This document shows, piece after piece, positions 10,635 through 19,080 of a stretch of 64,000 nucleotides of DNA. The DNA comes from Fimbriimonadia bacterium. Its GTDB lineage: Bacteria > Armatimonadota > Fimbriimonadia > Fimbriimonadales > JABRVX01. The translations under genes were made by a program, and so were the position numbers. Where the stretch lies: the NCBI GenBank assembly GCA_041483895.1, contig JBGPGO010000004.1, positions 64,001 through 128,000 on the forward strand, read 5' to 3'. Within the stretch, counting starts at the first letter, position 1, and each line of letters begins with the position of its first letter. The notes under the pieces were generated by a model, which was not told where the DNA came from, did no database searches, and was given only the letters and a program-made list of their open reading frames with translations.

Positions 10635-11810
10635 TTACCCGCCATATCGGGGCGAAGGATCACCTTTCGTCTCAGATAGCGTCCGATCGAGCGTGGCGGA
10701 GATGGGGGCGCTGGAAGCCGAAGCGAGGGGGGAGTGGAGTTCCAGGAGCAGTTTCCGGTCCGGTTCCAGGCCAAGCCCTGGGCCTTCCGGGACGATGAGC
10801 TGCGAATTATCGTATCGAACGCGGGGATCGCACACGTCGTCGGCATAGAGGCATGGACCGGTGCAGTCGGAGACATGCTCCAGATTGGGGACGGCGGCAC
10901 CGATCTGGGCCTGCGCCGCCGTACCGAGCGAAAGTTCTTGCGTTGTGCCGATCAGGCAGGCGATGTCGGCCGATTGCGCCATCCGAAACATCCCCAGCGC
11001 CGCCTCAAAACCGCCGATGAAGGTGAGTGCGATGTTGAAGATGTCCACCGAGCGGTTTTGCAACAATTGGATGGCGTAATGGCGGCTGATCACGTGCTCG
11101 CTGACCGGAATGGGGCATTTTTCACGGAATGTCGCCAGGCCCTCAAAATCGTACCGTAGCGTGGGGCTTTCTACAAGAGTCGGGTTGTACGGCAGCAGTC
11201 GCTCGGTGACGCACCACGCCTCTTTCCAATCGAGAATGTTGCTGAAGTCGATGGATTTTAGATTTGCACCTTTGGGGAGCTGTTTGCAGAATGCCTCGTC
11301 CATTTCCGGACGCCTGCCAACATAGAGCCGAAAATGAGTGAAGCCTTCTGACTGGCGCTCCTTCACCGTTTGCAGATTCTTTTCGACGTCTTCTTCAGAT
11401 GTGATGCGGAAGATGGGGTAGCAGACGGGAAAGCTATCCCGCGTCTGACCGCCCAACAGTTGATTGATAGGAACGCCAAGCTGCCGTGCGACCGCGTCAT
11501 GCAGTGCCATGTCAATGCCGCATCGAATCACGGCGCCCATGTCATATACATACATCTGTTCCGGAAACGCCTGCAGCATTTTTGCGTTGAGCGCCGCAAT
11601 CCGCCGCGCATCTTGGCCCACTAGCAGTGTGTTAAGAGCTTTCTCCAAATCCGTGAGGTCCGGCACATACATGGGAAGATGCCCCAGATCCGACACCTCT
11701 CCCCAGCCGATACCACTATCAGTTGTCAGCTCAATGATGACGTGATGGGAGATCAGGCCCGTGTGGCGCTTTGTTGCGACTGGATGAAGTTTGATCTGGA
11801 AAATCTTCAT
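10635..11810 (-). CDS. Enolase-superfamily enzyme, likely galactarate dehydratase (D-threo-forming, Oceanobacillus GalrD-II type)
   Basis: R-x-Y (FRLYVG) replaces the KxK motif; RHTG, SDLGHLP, VCYPIFR, KSIDFS, ESP, SEHV, GTTQELSLGTAA match my recollection of that subfamily. Confidence 0.8.
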   Translation of the reverse strand: MKIFQIKLHPVATKRHTGLISHHVIIELTTDSGIGWGEVSDLGHLPMYVPDLTDLEKALNTLLVGQDARRIAALNAKMLQAFPEQMYVYDMGAVIRCGIDMALHDAVARQLGVPINQLLGGQTRDSFPVCYPIFRITSEEDVEKNLQTVKERQSEGFTHFRLYVGRRPEMDEAFCKQLPKGANLKSIDFSNILDWKEAWCVTERLLPYNPTLVESPTLRYDFEGLATFREKCPIPVSEHVISRHYAIQLLQNRSVDIFNIALTFIGGFEAALGMFRMAQSADIACLIGTTQELSLGTAAQAQIGAAVPNLEHVSDCTGPCLYADDVCDPRVRYDNSQLIVPEGPGLGLEPDRKLLLELHSPLASASSAPISATLDRTLSETKGDPSPRYGG

Positions 11811-11814
11811 GGTA

Positions 11815-11901
11815 TTAGTTCAAAACTTGCCAAATGGAATATCGAAGAATCCTGTTGCATGATTTCAAAATATCTTCTAGCCAAAGCTTTAGCTTACGCA
11901 A
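11815..11901 (-). pseudogene. Truncated HEPN/DUF86 toxin remnant (28 codons)
   Basis: TTG start overlaps the MNT stop. Reads MRKLKLWLEDILKSCNRILRYSIWQVLN*, resembling a DUF86 N-terminus, then stops. Confidence 0.6.
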
Positions 11902-12184
11902 CGCGGATTGCCTCATCCAACACGGATGTTCGTATCGATGGCCGTAGCGCCGCCTCCGTCACTAAATCGACATGGAGTCCTAACAACTCCTCCAAGAAAA
12001 ACAGCAGATCAAAGTATCCATCAAAAGTTGTCTTGCCTTTGAATTGAACAAGAATGTCTAGGCCACTGGCTTCATTATTTTCAGCGCGGGCAAACGAACC
12101 AAACAGTGGAAGCGACTCAACATCAAATTCACTCAGCCGGTCCTTATTGGCCCTGATTTTCTCAATAATTGTATCTCGATCCAT
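11894..12184 (-). CDS. Minimal nucleotidyltransferase (MNT) antitoxin, possibly degenerate
   Basis: LFGSFARAE...SGLDILVQF...LEELLGLHVDLVTEAALRP; the usual SDxD reads SGLD. Confidence 0.85.
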   Translation of the reverse strand: MDRDTIIEKIRANKDRLSEFDVESLPLFGSFARAENNEASGLDILVQFKGKTTFDGYFDLLFFLEELLGLHVDLVTEAALRPSIRTSVLDEAIRVA

Positions 12185-12226
12185 AATAAGATTGTAACCG
12201 ATCCCAAGATAAAATTGCAGACTCGA

Positions 12227-14077
12227 CTATAAAGCATTCTTGTCGCCACCCACCGCCTTCCGCATCAACGGCAAATCCCCAACCTCCAATATCCGGTGCG
12301 GCATGGCATAGCCGGGAAGGTCCTCCCGATCGAACACGTCCAGGTAGCTGCGAAGGGTCTTCTGCCCGAACGCCCTCTTGATCCGGGAATCCATAATCGC
12401 GGCGAGATAGGCCACCTGCCCGCCGCCGGGACCATACCCCCACACCTCGATTTCACCCATCTCCACATCGTCGCGCGAGGCCAAATAGTCCACCGCGCGG
12501 CTGACGTCCCACGCCCACATGATCACGTCCGGCCGCCCGACGTAGGTGGCGAGCCGCTGGTCCAAACCCGGTATGTTCCCAAATCCGCGCCCCGTGATCG
12601 TCATATCGATGTGCGGCCCGCCCTCTGCCGGCAGCGCCCCGTCCTCATACCCGCGCTCCGCCAAAATGATCCGCGCCGGCAGCTTGCCTCCGGGCCGGCG
12701 TGACAACACAAACGGAATCCGCAGACCCGGTTCCGAAACGTAGCTCCCCGTAATCTGTTCCAGCGTCTGTCCCGCGGTCTGTGTCACTTTTCCATCGACG
12801 GGGACGCGCGCCGGCTCCGGATAGATCTTCTTCATCCGCTGTGCCAAGTACCCCCGCAAATCCCCTTTCGCATCCGCTACCGCCTTGGCCGCCAATGCCG
12901 CGCCTTTCTCCCGTGCCAGCGCCAACATTGTGCGGGCGTCCGCGTACGGCTTGCCATCAGGAAAACACTGAGACGCGGGCGCCTTCCAATCCTCCACATT
13001 CATCGGCGGGTCGCTACCCCGGTCGGCCAGTTCCCGCAATTCCTTTGCCGGACCGCCATCGCCAATACCCATCAAATGCTTCAACACAAACCCATACATC
13101 CGCTCGCGCATCGGCTTGCGATAGTCATGCCCACCTTGCGCAATCAGCACTTGGCAATCGTCCGGTTTTCCATACGCTTCATATAGCTTGAGCAGCTTTG
13201 CGTGCGTCCGCAGCGTTCCCTCTTTTGGGAACTCGGCATCCGTCTCCGCGCCGATCACCAGAACCGGTTTCGGCGCGGCAATCGCTAGTACGTCCGACCG
13301 ATCGCCTAACAGAAACGCACCCGGAACATGGTTACAATAACACCCATTGCCATAGTTGTCTTCGTAGCTGCTGGGATAGCAGACGGGTATCGCCATGCTG
13401 ATACGCGGTTCGACGGCAAACGCATACATAGATGTCAGTCCACCGCCGGACGCCCCCGTCACCGCCATTCGCTTCGTATCAAATTCCGGCCTCGTTTCGA
13501 GATAGTCGATCCCGCGCACAACATCCCATACCATCACGCCCTCAGGCGGAAGCGACGCCATATGCAAGCGCCAATCGGAATGCGGTCCGGGAAAATCGCG
13601 CTCGTCGTCGTTGTGCCCAACCTGGCCGGGCATATCGATGCACAAAACCGCAAACCCATACAGCGCGAGGCCGATGCACCGGGCCTGCACCACCGGTTCC
13701 AGCTTTTTGTGCGCCCAGTGCCCTACCGGCGCCAGCACCACCGGATATGGCGCGGTTCCCTTTTTCGGAATATATAGATAAGCCGTGCAATAGAACTTGG
13801 GATAGGTTTCGTATATCAGCTTCTCGATCACATATCCGTCGCGATCCAATTTGCCGGTGATCTTCGGATTGAGCGGCGTTTTTTCCGGCATCGGATCGAG
13901 GCCGAGCATTCCCAGCGCCTCATGCCGCATCTTCGCCTTCGTCTCTTCCTTCATCATCTCGGAGGGCGGGTGGCCGACGATCATTTTTCGGATCATCGCG
14001 TCCATGTATGCGGGGACCATTTTCGTGTCGGGTTGTTGTTGTGCGGTTGTCATAATCAGCGCCATTAGTGCGAGCAT
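12227..14077 (-). CDS. Secreted alpha/beta hydrolase (acetylxylan esterase-like, duplicated fold)
   Basis: GYVIEKL, PVGHW, WDVVRGIDYLETRPE, nucleophile TGASGGG, CYCNH, GGHDY; second WDVSRAVDYL domain lacks the Ser (GYGPGG). Confidence 0.8.
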   Translation of the reverse strand: MLALMALIMTTAQQQPDTKMVPAYMDAMIRKMIVGHPPSEMMKEETKAKMRHEALGMLGLDPMPEKTPLNPKITGKLDRDGYVIEKLIYETYPKFYCTAYLYIPKKGTAPYPVVLAPVGHWAHKKLEPVVQARCIGLALYGFAVLCIDMPGQVGHNDDERDFPGPHSDWRLHMASLPPEGVMVWDVVRGIDYLETRPEFDTKRMAVTGASGGGLTSMYAFAVEPRISMAIPVCYPSSYEDNYGNGCYCNHVPGAFLLGDRSDVLAIAAPKPVLVIGAETDAEFPKEGTLRTHAKLLKLYEAYGKPDDCQVLIAQGGHDYRKPMRERMYGFVLKHLMGIGDGGPAKELRELADRGSDPPMNVEDWKAPASQCFPDGKPYADARTMLALAREKGAALAAKAVADAKGDLRGYLAQRMKKIYPEPARVPVDGKVTQTAGQTLEQITGSYVSEPGLRIPFVLSRRPGGKLPARIILAERGYEDGALPAEGGPHIDMTITGRGFGNIPGLDQRLATYVGRPDVIMWAWDVSRAVDYLASRDDVEMGEIEVWGYGPGGGQVAYLAAIMDSRIKRAFGQKTLRSYLDVFDREDLPGYAMPHRILEVGDLPLMRKAVGGDKNAL

Positions 14078-15064
14078 CTATTTCCTCGGTTTTATTTCTG
14101 GATTGACTTGAAACGGGAGCGGTTCGCCGCGCAGGCCGGCGACCAAATTCTCGGCGGCGCGGACCGCCATCGCTGTGCGCGTTTGGATGCTGGCCGAGCC
14201 GATGTGCGGCAGCAGCACCACGTTTTCGAGTTGAAGTAGCGGGTCGTCCATCGGCAGCGGCTCGGCTTGGAAAACATCCAGTCCCGCAGCCGCAATTTCA
14301 CCGCTTCGCAGCGCATCGGCGAGCGCCTTTTGATCGACCAGCGCGCCGCGGGAGGTGTTGACAAAAACGGTGGTTTTCTTCATCGCGCGGAACTGCTCGA
14401 CGCCGAACAGATTCTTGGTCTCCGGTGTGGAGGGGGCATGGACAGTGACGATGTCGCTCTCGGCCAGCAATTCATCAAAGGATACAAATCGCGCGCCCGT
14501 CTCCCGCTCCGCCTCTTCGTCGCGCGATCGATTGTGATAGATGACGCGCATGCCGAACCCGCGAGCCCGCCGCGCGACCGCCGTCCCGATGCGGCCCATC
14601 CCCACGATGCCGAGCGTCGCGCCGTGCACGTCCTGGCCAACCATGTACATCAGGTGCCAGTTGCCCCACTTGCCGCCGCGCACGATGCGCTCGCCCTCGC
14701 CCAGCCGCCGCGCCGCCGCCATGATCAGCGCCCAGGCCAGGTCGGCGGTGGTCTCGGTCAGCACGCCCGGCGTGTTGCCAACCATCACGCCGCGCTTGGA
14801 GCAGGCGGGCACATCAATGTTGTCGTACCCGACGGCGCAGTTGCTGACCACGCGCAGATTCGGCCCTGCGTCCAGCACCTCGTCGTCAATCCGATCGGTG
14901 AGGAACGACAGCAGCCCATCGGCCTCCCGGACTTCCCGCAACAGCACATCCCGCGGCACAGGCTCCGCATCCGGCTGCCATTGCCGCACGACGGCATGCG
15001 GCCGGATAACGGCCATCGCCTCTTCCGGGATCCACCGGCAGATGTAGGCTACGGGTTGGGACAT
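14078..15064 (-). CDS. D-2-hydroxyacid dehydrogenase (D-glycerate dehydrogenase/glyoxylate reductase)
   Basis: AVGYDNID, NTPGVLTETTADL, GMGRIG, NTSRG, AGLDVF, LPHIGSA; start at MSQPVAY. Confidence 0.93.
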   Translation of the reverse strand: MSQPVAYICRWIPEEAMAVIRPHAVVRQWQPDAEPVPRDVLLREVREADGLLSFLTDRIDDEVLDAGPNLRVVSNCAVGYDNIDVPACSKRGVMVGNTPGVLTETTADLAWALIMAAARRLGEGERIVRGGKWGNWHLMYMVGQDVHGATLGIVGMGRIGTAVARRARGFGMRVIYHNRSRDEEAERETGARFVSFDELLAESDIVTVHAPSTPETKNLFGVEQFRAMKKTTVFVNTSRGALVDQKALADALRSGEIAAAGLDVFQAEPLPMDDPLLQLENVVLLPHIGSASIQTRTAMAVRAAENLVAGLRGEPLPFQVNPEIKPRK

Positions 15065-15271
15065 GTTGCCCAATTCGGTACTTGGGGTCGCGATCCCTCC
15101 ATTGCGGCACCTGGACGCACTAATCCCACCCAACCCGCCGCAACACCAACCTGATCCTTGCACCGAATAGTCCCGACAATCGGACCTTTCGAAAATCACC
15201 ATTCATAAATGTCAATGAGGTCGTGTAATTGTACACCGGAGAGGTTCAGGCATCGCAAGACCAATTCGGTC

Positions 15272-15712
15272 CTACTTACTGCCAGCTACCCTTTGACGAA
15301 TCATCTCCTGAATCGCTGGTGTTGCAAAGGTACGAGCAAAATCCAATGCCGTTGCTCCAGCACTCGTTTGAATATCGACTCGCGCGCCTGCGTCAAGGAG
15401 AATTCGTACTACATCCTGCCGCCGGTACATTACCGCCTCATGCAAGGGGGTGAATCCGTCCTTAGACGGCAAGTTGATATCCGCCGCTTTCTTTATGAGA
15501 TACCGCACGGCATCCGCCTTCCCCTCGGAGGCTGCGACTTGAACAGCAGTCCAGCCGGAGAACTTGTCTTGCTCGTTGATGTTTGAGCCGGACTTCAGAA
15601 ATCGCTCGATCCCGGAGATGTCGCCGTGCCTGGCCGCCTCATGGAGCGATCGGGAAGTCGAACAGCCGGCCAGCGCTAGTAGGGAAAGGAGCAACAGCCA
15701 GCGCTGCCGCAC
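15272..15712 (-). CDS. Ankyrin-repeat lipoprotein (start uncertain)
   Basis: Lipobox LAGC; ankyrin motifs GWTAVQVAA, GFTPLHEAV, GATALDFA. Confidence 0.85.
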   Translation of the reverse strand: MRQRWLLLLSLLALAGCSTSRSLHEAARHGDISGIERFLKSGSNINEQDKFSGWTAVQVAASEGKADAVRYLIKKAADINLPSKDGFTPLHEAVMYRRQDVVRILLDAGARVDIQTSAGATALDFARTFATPAIQEMIRQRVAGSK

Positions 15713-15841
15713 AACCGTCGATCCACGTTTGTTGGTACGCCTCATCCGCGTCTGCCTCCAAGGCTTGTTCACCGTCAATCGTAGTTTACACCACGGCAGG
15801 AAAAACAGTGTGCTGGGACAATGGCGGGAACTGCGCGCCTA

Positions 15842-16009
15842 GAAACCAAGCCCATGAAACGTGTTCCCGCAATCCTCCTCCTCCGATGCGACCGGTCTCC
15901 CGACCGAGTCGCAGGTCTTCCACAGGTCTCCCGACCGATCCCGGACAGGAAATGCCAACAATGCCTCGAAACCATCCCCATGAAACGTGTTCTCGCCATC
16001 CTCCTCATC
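15842..16009 (+). repeat. Duplicated gene-start segment (15842-15883 vs 15968-16009) flanking two GGTCTCCCGACCGA copies (15894-15907, 15925-15938)
   Basis: gaaaccaagcccATGaaacgtgttcccgcaatcctcctcctc vs gaaaccatccccATGaaacgtgttctcgccatcctcctcatc. Confidence 0.8.
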
Positions 16010-17779
16010 CTCCTCGCCTGCCTGACCCAAGCCCAGGTCAACGGCGACAACTACACCAAGCAGCTCATCATGATCCCCATGCGCGACGGCGTCAAGCTGG
16101 CCACCGTCGTCTATGTCCCAAAAGACACCAGCGAAAAACACCCGATCCTGATGGAGCGCACCCCCTACGGCGCCGGACCCTATGACACCGGCTTCCGCAA
16201 CCCATACGGCTCGCGGAAGTTCAGCGACAATCACTACATCTTCGCCTACCAGGACGTGCGCGGCAAGGGCCGATCGGAAGGCGAGTTCGAGAATATCCGC
16301 CCCATCCGAACCAAGTACAACGGCCCGAAGGACACCGACGAGAGCACAGATACCTACGACATGGTCGAATACTTGGTCAAAAACATCCCCAACAACAACG
16401 GGCGCGTCGGCGTGCGCGGCATCTCCTATCCGGGCTTCTACGCCGGCGCCGCCGCGATAAACACGCATCCCGCGCTCAAGGCCGCCTCGCCCCAGGCGCC
16501 CGTCTCCAACTGGTGGATTGGCGACGATTTTCACCACAATGGCGTGCTGTTCCTCATGGACGGGTTCAACTTCCTATCCGGTTTTGGCCGCCCGCCCAAC
16601 CCGACCGTCCAGATGCCCTCGATCGACCGCGGCAGCGACGCGTATCAGTTCTTCCTCGATCTCGGCCCGCTGGCAAACGCCAATGACAAATATCTGAAGA
16701 ACCAGATCGCCTTTTGGAACGACATGGCGGCGCACGAGAGCTACGACGACTTTTGGAGGGCCCGCGCGCTCACCGATCACGCAAAGAACGTCCACTGCGC
16801 CGTGATGACCGTCGGCGGCTGGTTCGACGCCGAGGACCTCTGGGGCGCGCTCAACCTCTACAAGCATATCGAAAAGCAGAACAAGGGGATCCACAACACA
16901 CTGGTGATGGGACCATGGCCGCACGGAGGATGGGCCGGCCGACCCGGAGACAAATTCGGCGACATTCCGTTCGGCATGCCAGCCTCCACATATTATCAGG
17001 AGAACATCGAATGGCCGTTCTTCGACGCCTACCTGCGCGGCGACGGCAACCCGAGCACGCAGGAGGCACAGGTGTTCGAGACCGGCGCGAACCAATGGCA
17101 CACCTTCGACAAGTGGCCGCCAAAGGGGACGAAGGAGCAGTCGTTCTATCTCAGCGCCGGCAAAACGATCTCAACCAAGCAGGCAGGTAGCGGCCAGGAT
17201 GAATATGTGAGCGACCCCGCCAATCCGGTTCCCTATGTTGGAAAGACGGGCCGGAATCGGAACAGCACATATATGGACGGCGACCAGCGCTTTGCCGAAA
17301 AAAGGGCGGACGTGTTGACCTTTAAGACCGAGCCGATGACGGAAGATCTAACCATCGTTGGACCGGTCTGGGCGGACCTTTTCGTGACCTCAACGAGCAC
17401 GGACGCTGATTTCGTGGTCAAAGTCATCGACGTATTCCCAGACGATGCGTCGGATAACCTTGGTGGCTATGAGATGCTGGTGCGCGGCGAAATCATGCGG
17501 GCCAAGTTCCGGAATAATCCGACAAAGCCCTCGCCGCTGACTCCCGGCAAAATAGAAAAGGTCTCGTACGCGCTGCCGGACGTGTTCCACACCTTTAAGA
17601 AGGGTCACCGGATGATGGTGCAGGTTCAGAGCAGCTGGTTCCCGCTCGGGGATCGGAATCCGCAGAAGTTCATGGACATTTGGAAGGCCAAGGCGGAGGA
17701 CTTTACGAAAGCTACGATTCAATTGCACCACTCATCAAAGTCGGCTTCCCGCATCCGCGTCGGCGTCCTCCACCCGTAA
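15980..17779 (+). CDS. CocE/NonD family hydrolase (alpha-amino acid ester hydrolase/glutaryl-7-ACA acylase-like), secreted
   Basis: Signal peptide; IPMRDGVKL, ERTPY, QDVRG, GISYPGF, WFDAED, MGPWPHG, VQVQSSWFP. Confidence 0.93.
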   Translation: MKRVLAILLILLACLTQAQVNGDNYTKQLIMIPMRDGVKLATVVYVPKDTSEKHPILMERTPYGAGPYDTGFRNPYGSRKFSDNHYIFAYQDVRGKGRSEGEFENIRPIRTKYNGPKDTDESTDTYDMVEYLVKNIPNNNGRVGVRGISYPGFYAGAAAINTHPALKAASPQAPVSNWWIGDDFHHNGVLFLMDGFNFLSGFGRPPNPTVQMPSIDRGSDAYQFFLDLGPLANANDKYLKNQIAFWNDMAAHESYDDFWRARALTDHAKNVHCAVMTVGGWFDAEDLWGALNLYKHIEKQNKGIHNTLVMGPWPHGGWAGRPGDKFGDIPFGMPASTYYQENIEWPFFDAYLRGDGNPSTQEAQVFETGANQWHTFDKWPPKGTKEQSFYLSAGKTISTKQAGSGQDEYVSDPANPVPYVGKTGRNRNSTYMDGDQRFAEKRADVLTFKTEPMTEDLTIVGPVWADLFVTSTSTDADFVVKVIDVFPDDASDNLGGYEMLVRGEIMRAKFRNNPTKPSPLTPGKIEKVSYALPDVFHTFKKGHRMMVQVQSSWFPLGDRNPQKFMDIWKAKAEDFTKATIQLHHSSKSASRIRVGVLHP

Positions 17780-17934
17780 CGCTGCCTTCCAGGCGGCAAA
17801 GATGAATTTGTAACGCTGGCATCCTGCCGGCTCAAATTTCCCGTAGCGCTGCCTTCCAGGCGGCAAAAACGATCGTGCCGGCATCCTGACGGCTCTCCCC
17901 AAAGGTCGCAATGCCACCTAGAAGGCAGCGTTAC
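17776..17934. repeat. Cluster of REP-like palindromes (GTAR-CGCTGCCTTCCAGGCGGCA family, BIME-like)
   Basis: Copies at 17776-17798, 17810-17831 (variant), 17843-17865, a partial near 17876-17894, and an inverted copy at 17912-17934. Confidence 0.8.
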
Positions 17935-17951
17935 AAGACGGACATTGACGT

Positions 17952-17985
17952 AAAAAAAAGGAAGGCAGAATAGCTTCGGCCCTCC
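17952..17985 (-). terminator. Rho-independent terminator
   Basis: GGAGGGC-C-GAA-gcua-UUC-U-GCCUUCC followed by U8. Confidence 0.8.
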
Positions 17986-18012
17986 TAAGGCATACGCCCC
18001 AACCTGGATGGT
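17952..18012 (-). ncRNA. Candidate ~60-nt small RNA
   Basis: Lies between a near-consensus promoter and an intrinsic terminator; no credible ORF inside. Confidence 0.55.
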
Positions 18013-18018
18013 AAATAG

Positions 18019-18047
18019 ATCATATCGTATATTGACGGTTCTGTCAA
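18019..18047 (-). promoter_or_regulatory. Sigma70-type promoter with an overlapping palindromic operator
   Basis: TTGACA (18047-18042), 17 bp, TATGAT (18024-18019); TTGAC-N6-GTCAA palindrome at 18032-18047. Confidence 0.7.
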
Positions 18048-18139
18048 GCGGAATCTGAAGAAAAGCTCGAACTTTTTCGAATGTGACGCCGTTACTGACC
18101 ACTTGAGGTTCTGCCCGCTCGGTGGCCTGCAATCATATT

Positions 18140-18961
18140 TCATGGATTATCCTCGGTCGATGTGATGTTCCATAACCGCATTCTCCGCTCAGATTCCTCT
18201 AGCCCGATGCGCTTCAATTCGTCATGCTTCGCCTCAATCCGGACTAAGAATTCCTTTCCTTCGGGAGAGGTCACCTGCGCCTTGAGCACGGCCATTCGAT
18301 CGTCGAGATTCGATTGCATTTTCCCCAGTGCATCTTTCATGCGCCCCATCATCTGCCTAACATTGGCCGACATTTGCTCAAGCGCTTCTTCCTTGGTTAT
18401 CTCGCCGGACAAACGCCGTTCAAGAATCGATTCGGACGTATTGTGGCTCTCATCGCCAGTTGCCAAGATGGTCTCGATATGCTCTCGCTGCTCAGGCAAA
18501 GCATGATCGAGCAGGTCCTGATGTTCTTGGTCCAAGACCGGTCGGCACGTTCCAAGCCGTTCCAAGATTTCTTCTCGGCTGGCCGATTTGGCCCATTCTA
18601 GGAGCTCTTGCACATGAGAACGAGTGGTTTTCGCTTCTTGTCGGGCCGCTTTCCGCTGTTCCGGACTCAGCCCGCGAGCATCCACCCACTCCTTGCCGCC
18701 GGCTGCAACAAAGGATTCATAAAACGCGATGGAGTGTGCTTCCGAGAGCTGGCGCATCTCGTCGGACGGCCTGCCAAACGTCCAGTCCCGGTAACATTCC
18801 CCGAGGACGATTTCGATTGCCACCTCCTCCGTCTTGTCCAGGTCGGCAGCCAGGCATGGCAGCTCGATGTCCATCTTCGAGCAATACCAGTCGATCATCC
18901 ACCGCACGCGGATGCCGAGATCGGGCGGCTGAGGTCCAGATTCAGGCTTCGGTTCTTCCAT
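18140..18961 (-). CDS. Hypothetical helical protein, paralog of 19081-19995
   Basis: Long charged ORF; MIDWYC...E-x-x-LG...DW...P block shared with neighbour. Confidence 0.7.
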   Translation of the reverse strand: MEEPKPESGPQPPDLGIRVRWMIDWYCSKMDIELPCLAADLDKTEEVAIEIVLGECYRDWTFGRPSDEMRQLSEAHSIAFYESFVAAGGKEWVDARGLSPEQRKAARQEAKTTRSHVQELLEWAKSASREEILERLGTCRPVLDQEHQDLLDHALPEQREHIETILATGDESHNTSESILERRLSGEITKEEALEQMSANVRQMMGRMKDALGKMQSNLDDRMAVLKAQVTSPEGKEFLVRIEAKHDELKRIGLEESERRMRLWNITSTEDNP

Positions 18962-19080
18962 CACTAACCAATGTACGCCAAAATTCGTCTTGAGATGCAA
19001 GTTTCGAGCATTGGCGGCGATATTGCCTGCCCGACGCGGTACCCGCCTTCGCAGTGCTATTGCGAAGGGATTAGGGACGG

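Noticed and set aside
17776..17934. Possible CRISPR array
   Set aside because: Repeats vary in sequence and orientation, spacers are short and irregular, and no cas genes are present; fits REP/BIME.
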